64,000 nucleotides of DNA from a virus. Taxonomy: Duplodnaviria; Caudoviricetes. Made by a program: the position numbers and the translations under genes. The stretch is taken from positions 1,437 through 65,436 of the IMG/VR virus record IMGVR_UViG_3300046474_000147; one strand, given 5' to 3'. Positions 17,093 to 27,536 of this stretch are shown in pieces. Numbering within the stretch: the stretch's first letter is position 1; every line of letters starts with the position of its first letter. Below the pieces are notes generated by a model. The model was not told where the DNA came from. It saw only the letters and a list, made by a program, of their open reading frames with translations, and searched no databases.

Positions 17093-18870
17093 GCGCAGTC
17101 GCAGATCAATTCCTGCTCGGCATTCGCGCCAAGTTCGCGGACGTTGAACTGTACCGATACCAGATGCACGGCTATCAGAACATCGGTCTGAAGTTCTTGC
17201 GCGATAACCCGTTCTCCGCGCTGTTCATCGACATGGGCCTCGGTAAAACGGTCACGTCGCTGACGCTGATTGCGGACCTGTTGGCCGAGTTCGCGAACGA
17301 CGACAAGGTGCTCGTGATCGGCCCGCTGAAGGTGGCGACGCGCACCTGGCCCGACGAGATTCGCAAGTGGAATCACCTGGCGCACTTGAATTATTCGGTG
17401 ATCCACGTCGATGATGAGGATGAGCGCATCAAGGCTGAGTACAGGTCCGCGTACAAGCAGCGTCTTGCCAGCAGCACCGAGTTGTTCAAGTCCGAGAAGC
17501 AGAAGGACGCCGCGAAGTGGGCAACCGGCGTCGCAGCGCAGAAGCGCGAGGAACTGCGGATTGCGGCCACGCTCGATCCCGCATCGGTCCACATGATTAG
17601 CCGCGACTGGATCGACTGGCTCGTGACGTACTACCGCGTGGCGAAGAAGCCCTGGCCGTACCGCACAATCATCATCGACGAGTCGAGCGGCTTCAAGGAT
17701 CACAACTCGGGCCGCTTCAAGGCGCTGCAAATGATCGTCGATAACGGCAAGGTGGATCGCCTGCACCTGCTGACGGCGACGCCAGCGACGGAAGGCTACA
17801 TCGGCCTGTTCCCGCAGATGTACCTGCTGGATCGCGGCGCACGGCTCGGCCGCAACATCACCGCGTACCGCTCGCGCTACTTCACCGAGAACAGGTGGAC
17901 GCGCAAATGGGATCTGCGCGAAGGTGCGGAGAAAGAGATCCTTGCGAAGATCTCCGACATATGCCTCGTGATGAAAGAAGAGGACTATCTGCCGAAGGTG
18001 CCACCGCTGTTCGTGAGGCGGTATGTTCACATGACAGCATCGCAGCGCGAGTTGTACCTGACGATGGAAAAGGACATGGTGGTGACGCTCGACGACGGCA
18101 CCGAGGTCGAAGCGGAGACTGCTGCGGCGCTGTCCGCGAAGCTGCTGCAAATGGCGTCAGGCGTCCTGTACGACACGAAGCTCGAACCGGGGCAGACCGA
18201 GGACGACGATCATGTGAAGATCACCAAGATCCACAAGATCCACGATCACAAGATCGAGGAACTGAAGCAGATCGTGGAAGAGTCGCAGGGCAAGCCGATC
18301 CTCGTCGGCTATCACCATCGCTCGTCGAAGGACCGACTGCTGAAGGCATTCCCGCAGGCCGTTATGATGGACAAGGACGGCAAGAACATCAAGAAGTGGA
18401 ACAAGGGGAAGATCCCGATTCTGCTCATGCACCCGCAGTCGGGCGGTCACGGTCTGAACCTGCAAGCAGGTGGTCACATCATCGTGTTCTTCGACATTCC
18501 GTGGTCGCTCGAACTGTACCTGCAATTCATCGGTCGCCTGGCCCGCCAAGGTCAGAAGTTCCGCGTCACCGTGTTCCTGTTGATGTGCAAGGACACGCTC
18601 GACGAAACCGTGGTCGATGCGTTGACGGCGAAAGAGAACGCGCAGGACAAACTCTTCAAGATCCTCAAGCGCATGCGCTATCGCCTGCGCAAGCTGCTGA
18701 AGGGTCGCACGAAGAAGATCGTGGCCGGTGATCCAGAGTGGGACAAGGTTGTGGACGTGCTCACCGGCTTCGCTGATCTCGACGACGCGGCGGAAAGCGA
18801 CGGCATCGAAATCGGTGACGGTCTGCGCGACGATGAGATCGTGAAGGCCGTCGAAGATGACGAACTCTGA
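17089..18870 (+). CDS. SNF2-family helicase
   Basis: ATGA overlap; DMGLGKT, IIIDESS, LTATP, HPQSGGHGLNLQ, GRLARQGQ. Confidence 0.9.
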   Translation: MSAVADQFLLGIRAKFADVELYRYQMHGYQNIGLKFLRDNPFSALFIDMGLGKTVTSLTLIADLLAEFANDDKVLVIGPLKVATRTWPDEIRKWNHLAHLNYSVIHVDDEDERIKAEYRSAYKQRLASSTELFKSEKQKDAAKWATGVAAQKREELRIAATLDPASVHMISRDWIDWLVTYYRVAKKPWPYRTIIIDESSGFKDHNSGRFKALQMIVDNGKVDRLHLLTATPATEGYIGLFPQMYLLDRGARLGRNITAYRSRYFTENRWTRKWDLREGAEKEILAKISDICLVMKEEDYLPKVPPLFVRRYVHMTASQRELYLTMEKDMVVTLDDGTEVEAETAAALSAKLLQMASGVLYDTKLEPGQTEDDDHVKITKIHKIHDHKIEELKQIVEESQGKPILVGYHHRSSKDRLLKAFPQAVMMDKDGKNIKKWNKGKIPILLMHPQSGGHGLNLQAGGHIIVFFDIPWSLELYLQFIGRLARQGQKFRVTVFLLMCKDTLDETVVDALTAKENAQDKLFKILKRMRYRLRKLLKGRTKKIVAGDPEWDKVVDVLTGFADLDDAAESDGIEIGDGLRDDEIVKAVEDDEL

Positions 18871-18910
18871 GATTCGTTAATCCAGACTCATCAATACGCT
18901 AATATCCCGT

Positions 18911-18927
18911 CCTATTCAATGAATAGG
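18911..18927. promoter_or_regulatory. Palindrome B, CCTATTCA-A-TGAATAGG
   Basis: Perfect 8-bp arms, flanked by CCCGT/ACGGG, 10 nt upstream of the HTH start. Confidence 0.6.
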
Positions 18928-18937
18928 TACGGGACAC

Positions 18938-19165
18938 ATGGCGAAAGAGTGCAAGGAAATAGTCGAGTTCGAGGCGCTAGTCGGCCTCGGATCGACTGAC
19001 GCATGCCGCGTTCTCGGCATCGCGTACTCCACCTACGCGGCGTATCGCAACTGCGGTCGCCCGCTCCAACCTTATCACCGCAATCACATCGACGTTATCG
19101 GCCGCCTGTCGCGCCGCGAACTGTCACAACTTATCGACGAGCGAGTACATGGTATCGAGAACTGA
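18938..19165 (+). CDS. Small HTH DNA-binding protein
   Basis: LGSTDACRVLGIAYSTYAAYRN HTH; 75 aa. Confidence 0.7.
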   Translation: MAKECKEIVEFEALVGLGSTDACRVLGIAYSTYAAYRNCGRPLQPYHRNHIDVIGRLSRRELSQLIDERVHGIEN

Positions 19166-19751
19166 ACTGACTGACGAAAAGACCCGCGCGATTCTGTACG
19201 ACGGTGCGAACTTGTCGCAGCTTGGCAATCTGTTCCGCATGGATCACCGCGTCCTCGTAGAGAAGCTGGAAAAGGGTAAGTGCCAACCGTGCGGCAAGCG
19301 CAACGGCGCGAACATCTACGCGGTGCATGAGGTGGCACCGTTCCTTGTAAAGCCTGCGTACGAGATCGAGGAATACATCAAGCGCATGCACCACAACGAT
19401 CTACCCAAGCACCTCACGAAAGAGTTTTGGGCCGGTCTGCGTTCGCGTCAGGAATACGAACAGCGTGAAGGCAATCTGTGGCCGACAGAGCGCGTGGTCA
19501 GTGCTGTCGGCTCGTTTATGAAGCTGGTCAAGATGAGCGTGCGACTCATGGCTGACGCGGTTGATCGCCAGGCGGAACTCACGCCACGCCAACGCGCAAT
19601 CGTGAAGGCGCAGGGCGACGGCATGCTCGAAGAACTGTACCGCAACGTGATCGAGGAATTCAGCAAAGAGCCGACAAACCCAAGCGTCGTTGACCAGGCC
19701 AATGCTGCGGTTGACGCGGCGCGAGAAGAGGAAGATGACGATGCGCTTTAA
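19149..19751 (+). CDS. terS: Terminase small subunit
   Basis: Directly upstream of the large subunit; N-terminal HTH-like NLSQLGNLFRMD; coiled-coil middle. Confidence 0.75.
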   Translation: MVSRTELTDEKTRAILYDGANLSQLGNLFRMDHRVLVEKLEKGKCQPCGKRNGANIYAVHEVAPFLVKPAYEIEEYIKRMHHNDLPKHLTKEFWAGLRSRQEYEQREGNLWPTERVVSAVGSFMKLVKMSVRLMADAVDRQAELTPRQRAIVKAQGDGMLEELYRNVIEEFSKEPTNPSVVDQANAAVDAAREEEDDDAL

Positions 19752-21801
19752 CTCAGTCGAACACCTCATGGTGTCGTGCGCCGAAATGCTTCGGCCACCC
19801 GAGCGCACCACCGTGGCTGAAGCTGCGGCGAAGTACCGCATCGTGAACTCGCCTGGCGCGTACGTCGGACCCTGGTACAACGCCACGACGCCCTACATGA
19901 TCGAGCCCATGAACGAGTTCGCGTCCAGCGAATTCAGCGGCATGATCTTCGTCGGCCCGGCGCAGTCGGCCAAGACCGACGCCCTGGTGGTGAACTGCAC
20001 GCTCTACTCCATCAAGATCGACCCGATGGACATGATGATCGTGTGCCCGACCAACACGGCGGCGCGCGACTTCTCGATGCGCCGTATCGACCGACTGAAC
20101 CGCTACTCGCCGGAAGTCGGCAAGATGCTGCTGCCGGGCGCAGACAGCGACAACAAGTTCGACAAGCTCTATAACACCGGCATGATGCTCTCGCTGTCGT
20201 GGCCGACACCGACCGAACTTGCGGGTAAGCCAATTGGCCGCGTGGTGCTGACCGACCGTGACCGCATGGTGGACGACGTGGACGGCGAGGGTGAACCGTT
20301 CGACCTGGCATCGAAGCGAACCACCACGTTCGGATCTAACGCGATGTGCGTGGCAGAGTCGTCGCCGTCGCGCGAGATCAAGGACATCAAGTGGGTTCCG
20401 CGCACGCTGCACGAAGCGCCGCCGTGCGACGGCATCATCGGCCTGTATAACCGTGGTGATCGTCGTCGCTGGTACTGGCCTTGCCCGCATTGCGATCACT
20501 ACTTCGAGGGTCGCTTTGAAATGCTGAAGTGGGATCGCCGCGAAGGCATGTCGAATCTCGAAGTGGCCGAAACCGTGTACATGGAATGCCCGAAGTGCGG
20601 TGATCCAATCGCGCCGGACGACCGCTACGAAATGAACCTGTGGGGGACGTGGGTCAAGGACGGCGAGGCGATAGACAAGTTCGGCAAGAAGTTCGGCACG
20701 CCGATCCGTTCGATGATCGCGTCGTTCTGGTTGCGCGGCGTGGCCGCAGCGTTCGTGACGTGGAAGAAGCTGGTCGTCACCTACCTCGACGCGATGGACG
20801 ACTACGAGCGCACGCAGACTGAGGAAACGCTGAAGAAGTTCTACAACAACGACCTTGGCGAGCCGTACGTCAGCCGGGCGCGCATGGAAATCCGCCTGCC
20901 TGAAACGCTCAAGGCGCGCGCTGAAGAGGCGCTTGGTGAGCGCGTGGTGCCGGAAGGCGTGCGCTTCCTCGTCGCCACGGTGGACGTGCAGAAGAACCGA
21001 TGGGAAGTGCAGGTGTTCGGCATCATGGCTGGCCGACCTTTCGACATCGTTGTGATCGACCGCTACAAGGTGCAGAAGTCGCAGCGCGAGGACGCCGAGG
21101 GCGACCGCGAGTGGGTTCGACCGCACGCATACGCGAAGGATTGGGACGAACTGATCGAGCACGTCATCGAGAAGGAATACCCGCTCGGCGATAACTCCGG
21201 TCGTCTCATGTCGATCAAGATGGTCGGCTGCGACTCGGGCGGTAAGCGAGGTGCGACGACAAAGGCGTACGAGTTCTATCGCAAGCTGGTCAAGGAAAAC
21301 AAGCACCGCCGATTCATTCTGCTGAAGGGCGAGGGGAAGCCCGGCAATCCGCGCACGCGCGTCAGCTATCCAGATAGCAGCCGCAAGGATTCCAAGTCGG
21401 GCGCACGCGGCGATATTCCAGTGCTCATGTTGAACTCGAACCTGCTGAAGGACGATCTCGACGGACGCCTGGACTGCATCGAGCCGGGCAAGGGAATGTA
21501 CCGAACTCCGAAGTGGTTGGCGGACACCTTCTACGCTGAATTGTGCGCAGAGACTCGCACTGAAAAAGGCTGGGAGCACGACGAGAAGGTGCGCAACGAG
21601 GCGTGGGACTTGTCGTACTACTGCATTGGTTTGTGCGTATCCCAATTCGTGAAAGTTGAAGGCATCGACTGGAACAATCCGCCGTCGTGGGCCGACGAGT
21701 GGGACAAGAACGATCTCGTGCGAGTGGCCGATGCCGAGAAGCCGTTTAGCTCTGCTGTAAAATCGTACGACTTCAAAAGTATGGCGAGCGCACTCGCCTA
21801 A
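19741..21801 (+). CDS. terL: Terminase large subunit, lambda gpA family
   Basis: TTPYMIEPM, GPAQSAKT, WPCPHC/ECPKCG zinc motif, FYNNDLGEPY, VDVQKNR, RNEAWD. Confidence 0.92.
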   Translation: MRFNSVEHLMVSCAEMLRPPERTTVAEAAAKYRIVNSPGAYVGPWYNATTPYMIEPMNEFASSEFSGMIFVGPAQSAKTDALVVNCTLYSIKIDPMDMMIVCPTNTAARDFSMRRIDRLNRYSPEVGKMLLPGADSDNKFDKLYNTGMMLSLSWPTPTELAGKPIGRVVLTDRDRMVDDVDGEGEPFDLASKRTTTFGSNAMCVAESSPSREIKDIKWVPRTLHEAPPCDGIIGLYNRGDRRRWYWPCPHCDHYFEGRFEMLKWDRREGMSNLEVAETVYMECPKCGDPIAPDDRYEMNLWGTWVKDGEAIDKFGKKFGTPIRSMIASFWLRGVAAAFVTWKKLVVTYLDAMDDYERTQTEETLKKFYNNDLGEPYVSRARMEIRLPETLKARAEEALGERVVPEGVRFLVATVDVQKNRWEVQVFGIMAGRPFDIVVIDRYKVQKSQREDAEGDREWVRPHAYAKDWDELIEHVIEKEYPLGDNSGRLMSIKMVGCDSGGKRGATTKAYEFYRKLVKENKHRRFILLKGEGKPGNPRTRVSYPDSSRKDSKSGARGDIPVLMLNSNLLKDDLDGRLDCIEPGKGMYRTPKWLADTFYAELCAETRTEKGWEHDEKVRNEAWDLSYYCIGLCVSQFVKVEGIDWNNPPSWADEWDKNDLVRVADAEKPFSSAVKSYDFKSMASALA

Positions 21802-21822
21802 CAAAACTAGGGAAAAATCACC

Positions 21823-22077
21823 ATGTATCCTCAAACTCTGACGCCCGAAGAACGGGTGCAAATCGAGACGAACCTGGCGGAAGCGCGTAGCTCGTATCAC
21901 ACGCTCACCACCGGCCTTCAGGCTCGCGTCGTGGTCGATCAAAACGGTGAGCGTGTCGAATTCACGGCGGCGAATTCCGCGCGCCTCGCGCAGTACATTC
22001 GCTCGCTCGAACTCAAACTCGCTCCAACCTGCCATGACGCCCTGCGCATGGTCGGCCCGGCGTCCTTCACGTTCTAA
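21823..22077 (+). CDS. gpW-like head-tail joining protein
   Basis: 84 aa between terL and portal; VVDQNGERVEFT. Confidence 0.75.
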   Translation: MYPQTLTPEERVQIETNLAEARSSYHTLTTGLQARVVVDQNGERVEFTAANSARLAQYIRSLELKLAPTCHDALRMVGPASFTF

Positions 22078-22079
22078 TC

Positions 22080-23789
22080 ATGGTGGCCCGCAAACAGCGC
22101 GCACCGGCCGCCGAAAGTGCCGGTATGAGCGTCGTGGTCAGCCGACCGCGAGATAACGCGATGGGCGGCGGTTTGGAAGGCGCAGATCGCACCACGCGCG
22201 AACTCTCGTCGTGGCGTCCGCCGATTGTCTCGCCTGACGTGCAGATCGGCCCGGTAAAGGATCTTGCTGACGCACGCGGTCGCGACATGGTGCAAAACGA
22301 CGGTCTGACGATGGGCGCGGTCCACACGCACAAGGACAGCATCGTAGGTTCGCAGTACCGCCTGATCTCGACGCCGGACTTTCTGACCCTCGGTGCCGAC
22401 GAAGCATGGGCGGCAGACTTCGTGCAGTACGTCGAGTCGCGCTACAACCTCCTGGCCGATTCCGTCGAATGCTGGTTCGACGCGAGCGGCACGATGACAC
22501 TTACCGACATGATCCGCCTCGGCATTGGCGGTTTCGTGATTACCGGCGAAGTGCTCGGCACCGCAGAATGGCTCGCACAGGATCTCGGTCGCCCGTTCAA
22601 GACCGCGATCCAGATGGTGTCGCCAACGCGCCTGTCGAATCCCGATGGTCAGATGGACACGCAAACGCTGCGGCGCGGCGTCGAGCGCAACCTGTACGGT
22701 AAGCCGGTCGGCTATCACATTCGCAGCGCACACCCCGGCGATTTCTTCCCCAACACCGAGATCCCGTACTGGAAGCGCGTACCGGCAACGACGAATTGGG
22801 GTCGCCGCCAGGTGATCCACATTCTCGAACGCCAGTTGCCGGACCAGTCGCGCGGTATCAGCGACATGGTGTCGGTGCTGAAGCAGCAGCGCATGACGCG
22901 GAAGTTTCAGGACATCACGTTGCAGAACGCCGTGGTCAATGCGACGTACGCTGCGGCCATCGAATCCGAACTGCCTAGCGAAATGGTGTACGCCTCGATG
23001 GGCGCTGGCGCACCGGGCCTGGAACACGCACTCGGCCAGTACATGAGCGCGCTGACGAACTACGTGGAAGGTGCGAACAATATCGCTATCGACGGTGTGA
23101 AGATGCCGCACCTGTTCCCCGGCACGAAGCTGAACCTGAAGCCGATGGGTACACCGGGCGGCGTCGGCACCGACTTCGAGCAATCGCTGCTGCGCCACAT
23201 CGCCGCACCGCTCGGCCTGTCGTATGAGCAGTTCACGAAGGACTACACCAACACGAACTATTCGTCGGCTCGCGCCTCAATGGCCGAGACGTGGAAGTTC
23301 ATGCAGTCGCGGAAGAAGGTGGTGGCCGACCGCATGGCAACCATGATCTACGTGTTGTGGCTCGAAGAAGAACTCGGCAGGACCACGAGCACGATCCCGG
23401 TGCCGAAGGGAATGACGCGCGCCGAATTCCGCTCGATGTTCTACGACCCGGTGATGCGCGAAGCGATGTGCTCGTGCCAGTGGATCGGTGCATCGCGCGG
23501 CCAGATCGACGAGGTGAAGGAAACGCAAGCGGCTATCATGCGTATCAATTCCGGTCTGTCCACCTACCAGATCGAGTGCGCTCGACTCGGTGAGGACTTC
23601 CGCAAGATCTTCATGCAGCAGGCGCGCGAGCAGAAAATGGCGAAGGAATTGAACCTCACGTTTGTCACCGACGCGACGCAGCCTGGAACGAACGACCGGC
23701 AGCAAACCATGACCGAAAACGGCGGCAAAAACGGCGACGAATCTCAGCCGAAGAAGCGGTCGAACGACAAGAAAGGGAACCAGAAATGA
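22080..23789 (+). CDS. Portal protein, lambda family
   Basis: LGLSYEQFTKDYTNTNYSSARAS, IDEVKE, RINSGLST. Confidence 0.9.
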   Translation: MVARKQRAPAAESAGMSVVVSRPRDNAMGGGLEGADRTTRELSSWRPPIVSPDVQIGPVKDLADARGRDMVQNDGLTMGAVHTHKDSIVGSQYRLISTPDFLTLGADEAWAADFVQYVESRYNLLADSVECWFDASGTMTLTDMIRLGIGGFVITGEVLGTAEWLAQDLGRPFKTAIQMVSPTRLSNPDGQMDTQTLRRGVERNLYGKPVGYHIRSAHPGDFFPNTEIPYWKRVPATTNWGRRQVIHILERQLPDQSRGISDMVSVLKQQRMTRKFQDITLQNAVVNATYAAAIESELPSEMVYASMGAGAPGLEHALGQYMSALTNYVEGANNIAIDGVKMPHLFPGTKLNLKPMGTPGGVGTDFEQSLLRHIAAPLGLSYEQFTKDYTNTNYSSARASMAETWKFMQSRKKVVADRMATMIYVLWLEEELGRTTSTIPVPKGMTRAEFRSMFYDPVMREAMCSCQWIGASRGQIDEVKETQAAIMRINSGLSTYQIECARLGEDFRKIFMQQAREQKMAKELNLTFVTDATQPGTNDRQQTMTENGGKNGDESQPKKRSNDKKGNQK

Positions 23790-25177
23790 GCCACGAAGTA
23801 GCACGCCACGCACTTACTCGGATGAACCTCCGCGAGCAGGCGGTAGCGAACATCTACAAGGAAGGATTCTCGGCGGATCTCGCGCAACTGGCCGCAACGA
23901 TTCCCGAGGCTGCGCGCGATAAGTACGAGAACGAAACGCGGTACGAATTGTGCGAAGCGTACGGCCTCGGCCGTCCTAGCCAAAGCAAGCCGTACGCCTT
24001 CTCCAACGGCTTCGCGATCATCCCGGTACACGGATCGCTTATCAACCGCTTCGGAAGTAGCTGGGGCTTCGTCACCGGCTACAACTACATTCGTGCGATG
24101 CACATGGCCGCGCTTATGGATGATGACGTGAAGTACATCATCCACGATCACAACAGCTATGGCGGCGAGGCTGCTGGCTGCTTCGAGTTGGCCGACGAGA
24201 TCTACGCCACGCGCGGCAAGAAGCCGATCATCGCAATTGTCGATTCCAACTGCTACTCGGCGTCGTATGCGCTGGCGTCGGCGTGCGACAAGATCATCGT
24301 GATTCCGTCTGCCGGTGTCGGTTCGATTGGCGTGGTCGCCATGCACATCAACATGAAGGGCTTTCTCGACAAGGTGGGCGTCGAGATCACCTTCATCCAA
24401 TCCGGCACGCACAAGACTGATGGCAATCCGTACGACGCATTACCTGCGGAAGTGAAAGCCGACATTCAGAAGAACGTGGACAAATCGCGCGCCAAATTCG
24501 CGAAGCTGGTAGCTCGCAATTTGGGCTTGGATGAGAAAGTCATTTATGATACCGAGGCGCGAACTTACCGGGCAGACGATGCACTGAAACTCGGCCTGGT
24601 ACATTCGATTGCAGTACCATCTGCGGCGCTGCAATCCATCATTGATGAGGACGAGGGTGATTCCTCGGACGACACGCAAGACGATGGGCAGGACGAGAAA
24701 GCGATTATCACCAACCCACCTGACGAGGAAACGATGGACAACAACGCAAACACCCCGGCTGCCGGTCAACCGCAAGCATCCGTCCCGGCGAACACCGGGG
24801 CTGCCGCAACCGCCGACGCAGCAACCATTCAGGCCAACGAGCGCGCACGCGTGAGCGGCATCCTGAATAGCGAAGAAGCGAAGGCCAATCCGGCGCTCGC
24901 AAATCACCTGGCCCTGAACACCACCATGTCGGCTGACGACGCGAAAGCCGCACTGAAGGCCGCAGGCCCGGCAGCAGCCGCAGCACCGGCAGCCGCAGGC
25001 AAGAGCACCCTGGAGCAAGCGATGGAGCAAACCGCGCAGCCGAACGTCGGCGCTGACGGTAGCGTGGCTGGCGCGGGCCAGCAGGGCGCAGGCGGCCAGC
25101 AGTCCTCGGCGGATCGCGCGGCGGCAGCGATGCAGGCTTACACGCAAGCCACCGGCTTCAAGCCCGACGAGAAGTAA
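23786..25177 (+). CDS. S49 prohead protease with C-terminal scaffold domain
   Basis: NSYGGE, CYSASYALAS, VGSIGVV, GTHKTDGNPY; Ala-rich C-terminus. Confidence 0.9.
   Translation: MSHEVARHALTRMNLREQAVANIYKEGFSADLAQLAATIPEAARDKYENETRYELCEAYGLGRPSQSKPYAFSNGFAIIPVHGSLINRFGSSWGFVTGYNYIRAMHMAALMDDDVKYIIHDHNSYGGEAAGCFELADEIYATRGKKPIIAIVDSNCYSASYALASACDKIIVIPSAGVGSIGVVAMHINMKGFLDKVGVEITFIQSGTHKTDGNPYDALPAEVKADIQKNVDKSRAKFAKLVARNLGLDEKVIYDTEARTYRADDALKLGLVHSIAVPSAALQSIIDEDEGDSSDDTQDDGQDEKAIITNPPDEETMDNNANTPAAGQPQASVPANTGAAATADAATIQANERARVSGILNSEEAKANPALANHLALNTTMSADDAKAALKAAGPAAAAAPAAAGKSTLEQAMEQTAQPNVGADGSVAGAGQQGAGGQQSSADRAAAAMQAYTQATGFKPDEK
24734..25177 (+). CDS. Probable internally initiated scaffolding protein (Nu3-like)
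   Basis: In-frame ATG (MDNNANT) preceded by GAGGA after an acidic linker. Confidence 0.6.
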   Translation: MDNNANTPAAGQPQASVPANTGAAATADAATIQANERARVSGILNSEEAKANPALANHLALNTTMSADDAKAALKAAGPAAAAAPAAAGKSTLEQAMEQTAQPNVGADGSVAGAGQQGAGGQQSSADRAAAAMQAYTQATGFKPDEK

Positions 25178-25245
25178 TCGCGTCGGTCGGAACGGAAAGC
25201 TCAAAACACCGGGCGAGTTTTAAACCCTAAATTACGGAGAAACGT

Positions 25246-25638
25246 ATGTCCTCTATCAACAACGCGCCGGACGACTTCGATCTGGCAAAAACGCCGACCA
25301 ACGTCATCGTTCGCGGCGGTGTCGCACCGCTATTCACCGGCGCTGCGCAAACCTGCGCTGACTCGGCACCATCCCTGGTCGCCTCGATCAAGAAGTACGA
25401 ACTCATCGCCCTGACCGATACCGGCGTCACGACCTTCGTGGTCGGCACGCACAACGCATCGCAGGCCGTGATCGCGTCGCAACCGATCACCAAGATCGGC
25501 CAGGCGTGCCCGTACTGGAACGAAGGCGAGTTCAACAACGCTGCTATCGTGTGGCCCGCAGATCCGGCCCTGGACTCGCTGGCGAAGCGCAAGGCGTTCC
25601 TGAACGGCACCAACATCAAGGTCGGCCACACGATCTGA
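25246..25638 (+). CDS. Head decoration protein (gpD-like)
   Basis: 130 aa between protease and capsid; YWNEGEFNNAAIVWP. Confidence 0.8.
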   Translation: MSSINNAPDDFDLAKTPTNVIVRGGVAPLFTGAAQTCADSAPSLVASIKKYELIALTDTGVTTFVVGTHNASQAVIASQPITKIGQACPYWNEGEFNNAAIVWPADPALDSLAKRKAFLNGTNIKVGHTI

Positions 25639-25714
25639 TTCGGCAGTACGGCAGCAAAAGAAAATCGGAACCACAAGAACCGACCCTGAAAATCCAAAAG
25701 CATAGGAACCCGAA

Positions 25715-26770
25715 ATGGACATCGGACTTTTTGACCTCTACACCCTGCAAGACCTGTACCGTCGCATCAAGACGGCACCGCGCTTCTGGCTGAATTTCTA
25801 CCAGAAGCAGATCAACTTCGACGGCCGCAACATCATCTTCGAGAAGGTGTATGGCGACGACCGCAAGCTGGCGCCGTTCGCTGTGCCGACCGCCGCTGGC
25901 CGCCCGCAGAAGCTCGACGGCTTCGAGGCTTACACCCTGGCCCCGGCGTACATCAAGCTCAAGGACACGGTTGACCCGACCATGCACATCGAGCGCCTGC
26001 CGGGCGAAGCCCTGGGCGGAACCCTGACCATCCAGCAGCGCCGCGATGCGGTCAAGGTTGAACTGCTGCGCCGCCAGAAAGAGAAGGTGTTCAACACCTG
26101 GAACTGGCTGTCGGCCCGCGCAACCATCGACGGCAAGGTGACGATCAGCGGCGAGGACTACCCCGAAACCCTGATCGACTTCCGCCGCGACCCTGCGCTG
26201 ACCAAGGTGCTGACTGGTGGCGCAGCCTGGGACCAATCCACCGCGAAGCCGCTGGAAGATCTGCGCGACATGCGCATCGGCGCGCAAGAACTGTCCGGCG
26301 CTCGCGTCAGCCGTCACGTTTTCGGCGCGAACGCGTGGGAACTGTTCTGCGAGCGCGTGGACCTGACGGCCATGCAGAACTCGCTGAATCGCGGCGCGGG
26401 CCAGCAGGTCACCGTGTCCACGATCAGCGACGGCTACGGTGACACTATCGAGTACATGGGCTCGATCCAAGGTCTGAACGGCCAGGGCCGCCTGGAGTTT
26501 TGGGTCGATACCACTCGCTACATCGACGAAGCCGGTAACGAGCAGTTCTACCTCGACCAAGATACCGTGGTCGGCCTGTCGCCGGATCTCATGGGCGGCA
26601 CCCGCTGCTTCGGCGCGATCATGGATGCCAAGGCTGGCTTCCGCTCGCTCGACGTGTTCCAGAAGAATTGGGAAAACGAAGATCCGAGCGTCGAGTACCT
26701 GCTGATGCAGTCGGCTCCGCTGATGGTCCCGAAAGAGCCGAACGCGACCTACAAGATCAAGGTCAAGTAA
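25715..26770 (+). CDS. Major capsid protein (lambda gpE-like)
   Basis: 351 aa; KLAPFAVP, PAYIKLKD, QSAPLMVP. Confidence 0.9.
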   Translation: MDIGLFDLYTLQDLYRRIKTAPRFWLNFYQKQINFDGRNIIFEKVYGDDRKLAPFAVPTAAGRPQKLDGFEAYTLAPAYIKLKDTVDPTMHIERLPGEALGGTLTIQQRRDAVKVELLRRQKEKVFNTWNWLSARATIDGKVTISGEDYPETLIDFRRDPALTKVLTGGAAWDQSTAKPLEDLRDMRIGAQELSGARVSRHVFGANAWELFCERVDLTAMQNSLNRGAGQQVTVSTISDGYGDTIEYMGSIQGLNGQGRLEFWVDTTRYIDEAGNEQFYLDQDTVVGLSPDLMGGTRCFGAIMDAKAGFRSLDVFQKNWENEDPSVEYLLMQSAPLMVPKEPNATYKIKVK

Positions 26771-26793
26771 TCCGGCGAAAAGCAGTAAAGAAC

Positions 26794-26813
26794 GGGCGGG
26801 GGAAACCCCGCCC
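26794..26813 (+). terminator. GNRA hairpin after the capsid gene, weak U tract
   Basis: GGGCGGGG-GAAA-CCCCGCCC. Confidence 0.5.
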
Positions 26814-26856
26814 TCTCCGCATCACAACACACCCCTGACAAGTTTGGAGAACCAAC

Positions 26857-27159
26857 ATGCCAAAACGTATCGCAGTTAATTCCATCGTCGTGTACCGCGA
26901 CGGCAAACGCTTCACCGTCAAGCCGGACCAGATGTTCGACTTCACCGACGCCGAACTGGCCGACATCAAGCGCAGCGCGTCGGACGCCGTACGTCAACCG
27001 ACTCCCGAGAACGCCGTGGTCGAAGTGAAGCTGCCTGGCGCGTCGGCACCGGCAGGCGGCAAGGGTAGCGGTGGCCGTGGTGGCAACAAGACGCAGCAGC
27101 AAGCCGCCGAGCAAGCCGACGCACCGAAGGCTGACGCAACCGGCGACGACGAAATCTAA
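26857..27159 (+). CDS. Head-associated hypothetical protein (FI-like position)
   Basis: 100 aa, RBS GGAGA, low-complexity tail ending TGDDEI. Confidence 0.7.
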   Translation: MPKRIAVNSIVVYRDGKRFTVKPDQMFDFTDAELADIKRSASDAVRQPTPENAVVEVKLPGASAPAGGKGSGGRGGNKTQQQAAEQADAPKADATGDDEI

Positions 27160-27161
27160 CC

Positions 27162-27536
27162 ATGCCGTTCGACTTCGCAGCAATCAAGGCACAGGCTCGC
27201 CGCATCGTCCACGGCACGTTCGGCGTCCCAGCCGAATACTCGTACGATGGCGGCGATCCTGTGTCGCTGCGAGTCCGGTGGCATACCAAGATGACCGCCG
27301 TTGGCGACATGAACGGCGACGGCTACGCGATGACGTTGGACGGCATCGAGCGCCTGATCTTCAACGCCGATGAACTGGCCGAGAAGAATCTGACGATCCA
27401 GCGCGGCGGCCTCGTCAAGCTCACCGCTCCACAGTTCGGCGGGCATACTCTCGTCATCGACACGCGCGAGAACTATAGTGGCCCTGCCGAAGAAATTTGG
27501 CACGTAGGGACACACAATGGCACTCAGCCTTCTTGA
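27162..27536 (+). CDS. Head-tail joining protein (FII-like)
   Basis: Synteny; 124 aa. Confidence 0.7.
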   Translation: MPFDFAAIKAQARRIVHGTFGVPAEYSYDGGDPVSLRVRWHTKMTAVGDMNGDGYAMTLDGIERLIFNADELAEKNLTIQRGGLVKLTAPQFGGHTLVIDTRENYSGPAEEIWHVGTHNGTQPS

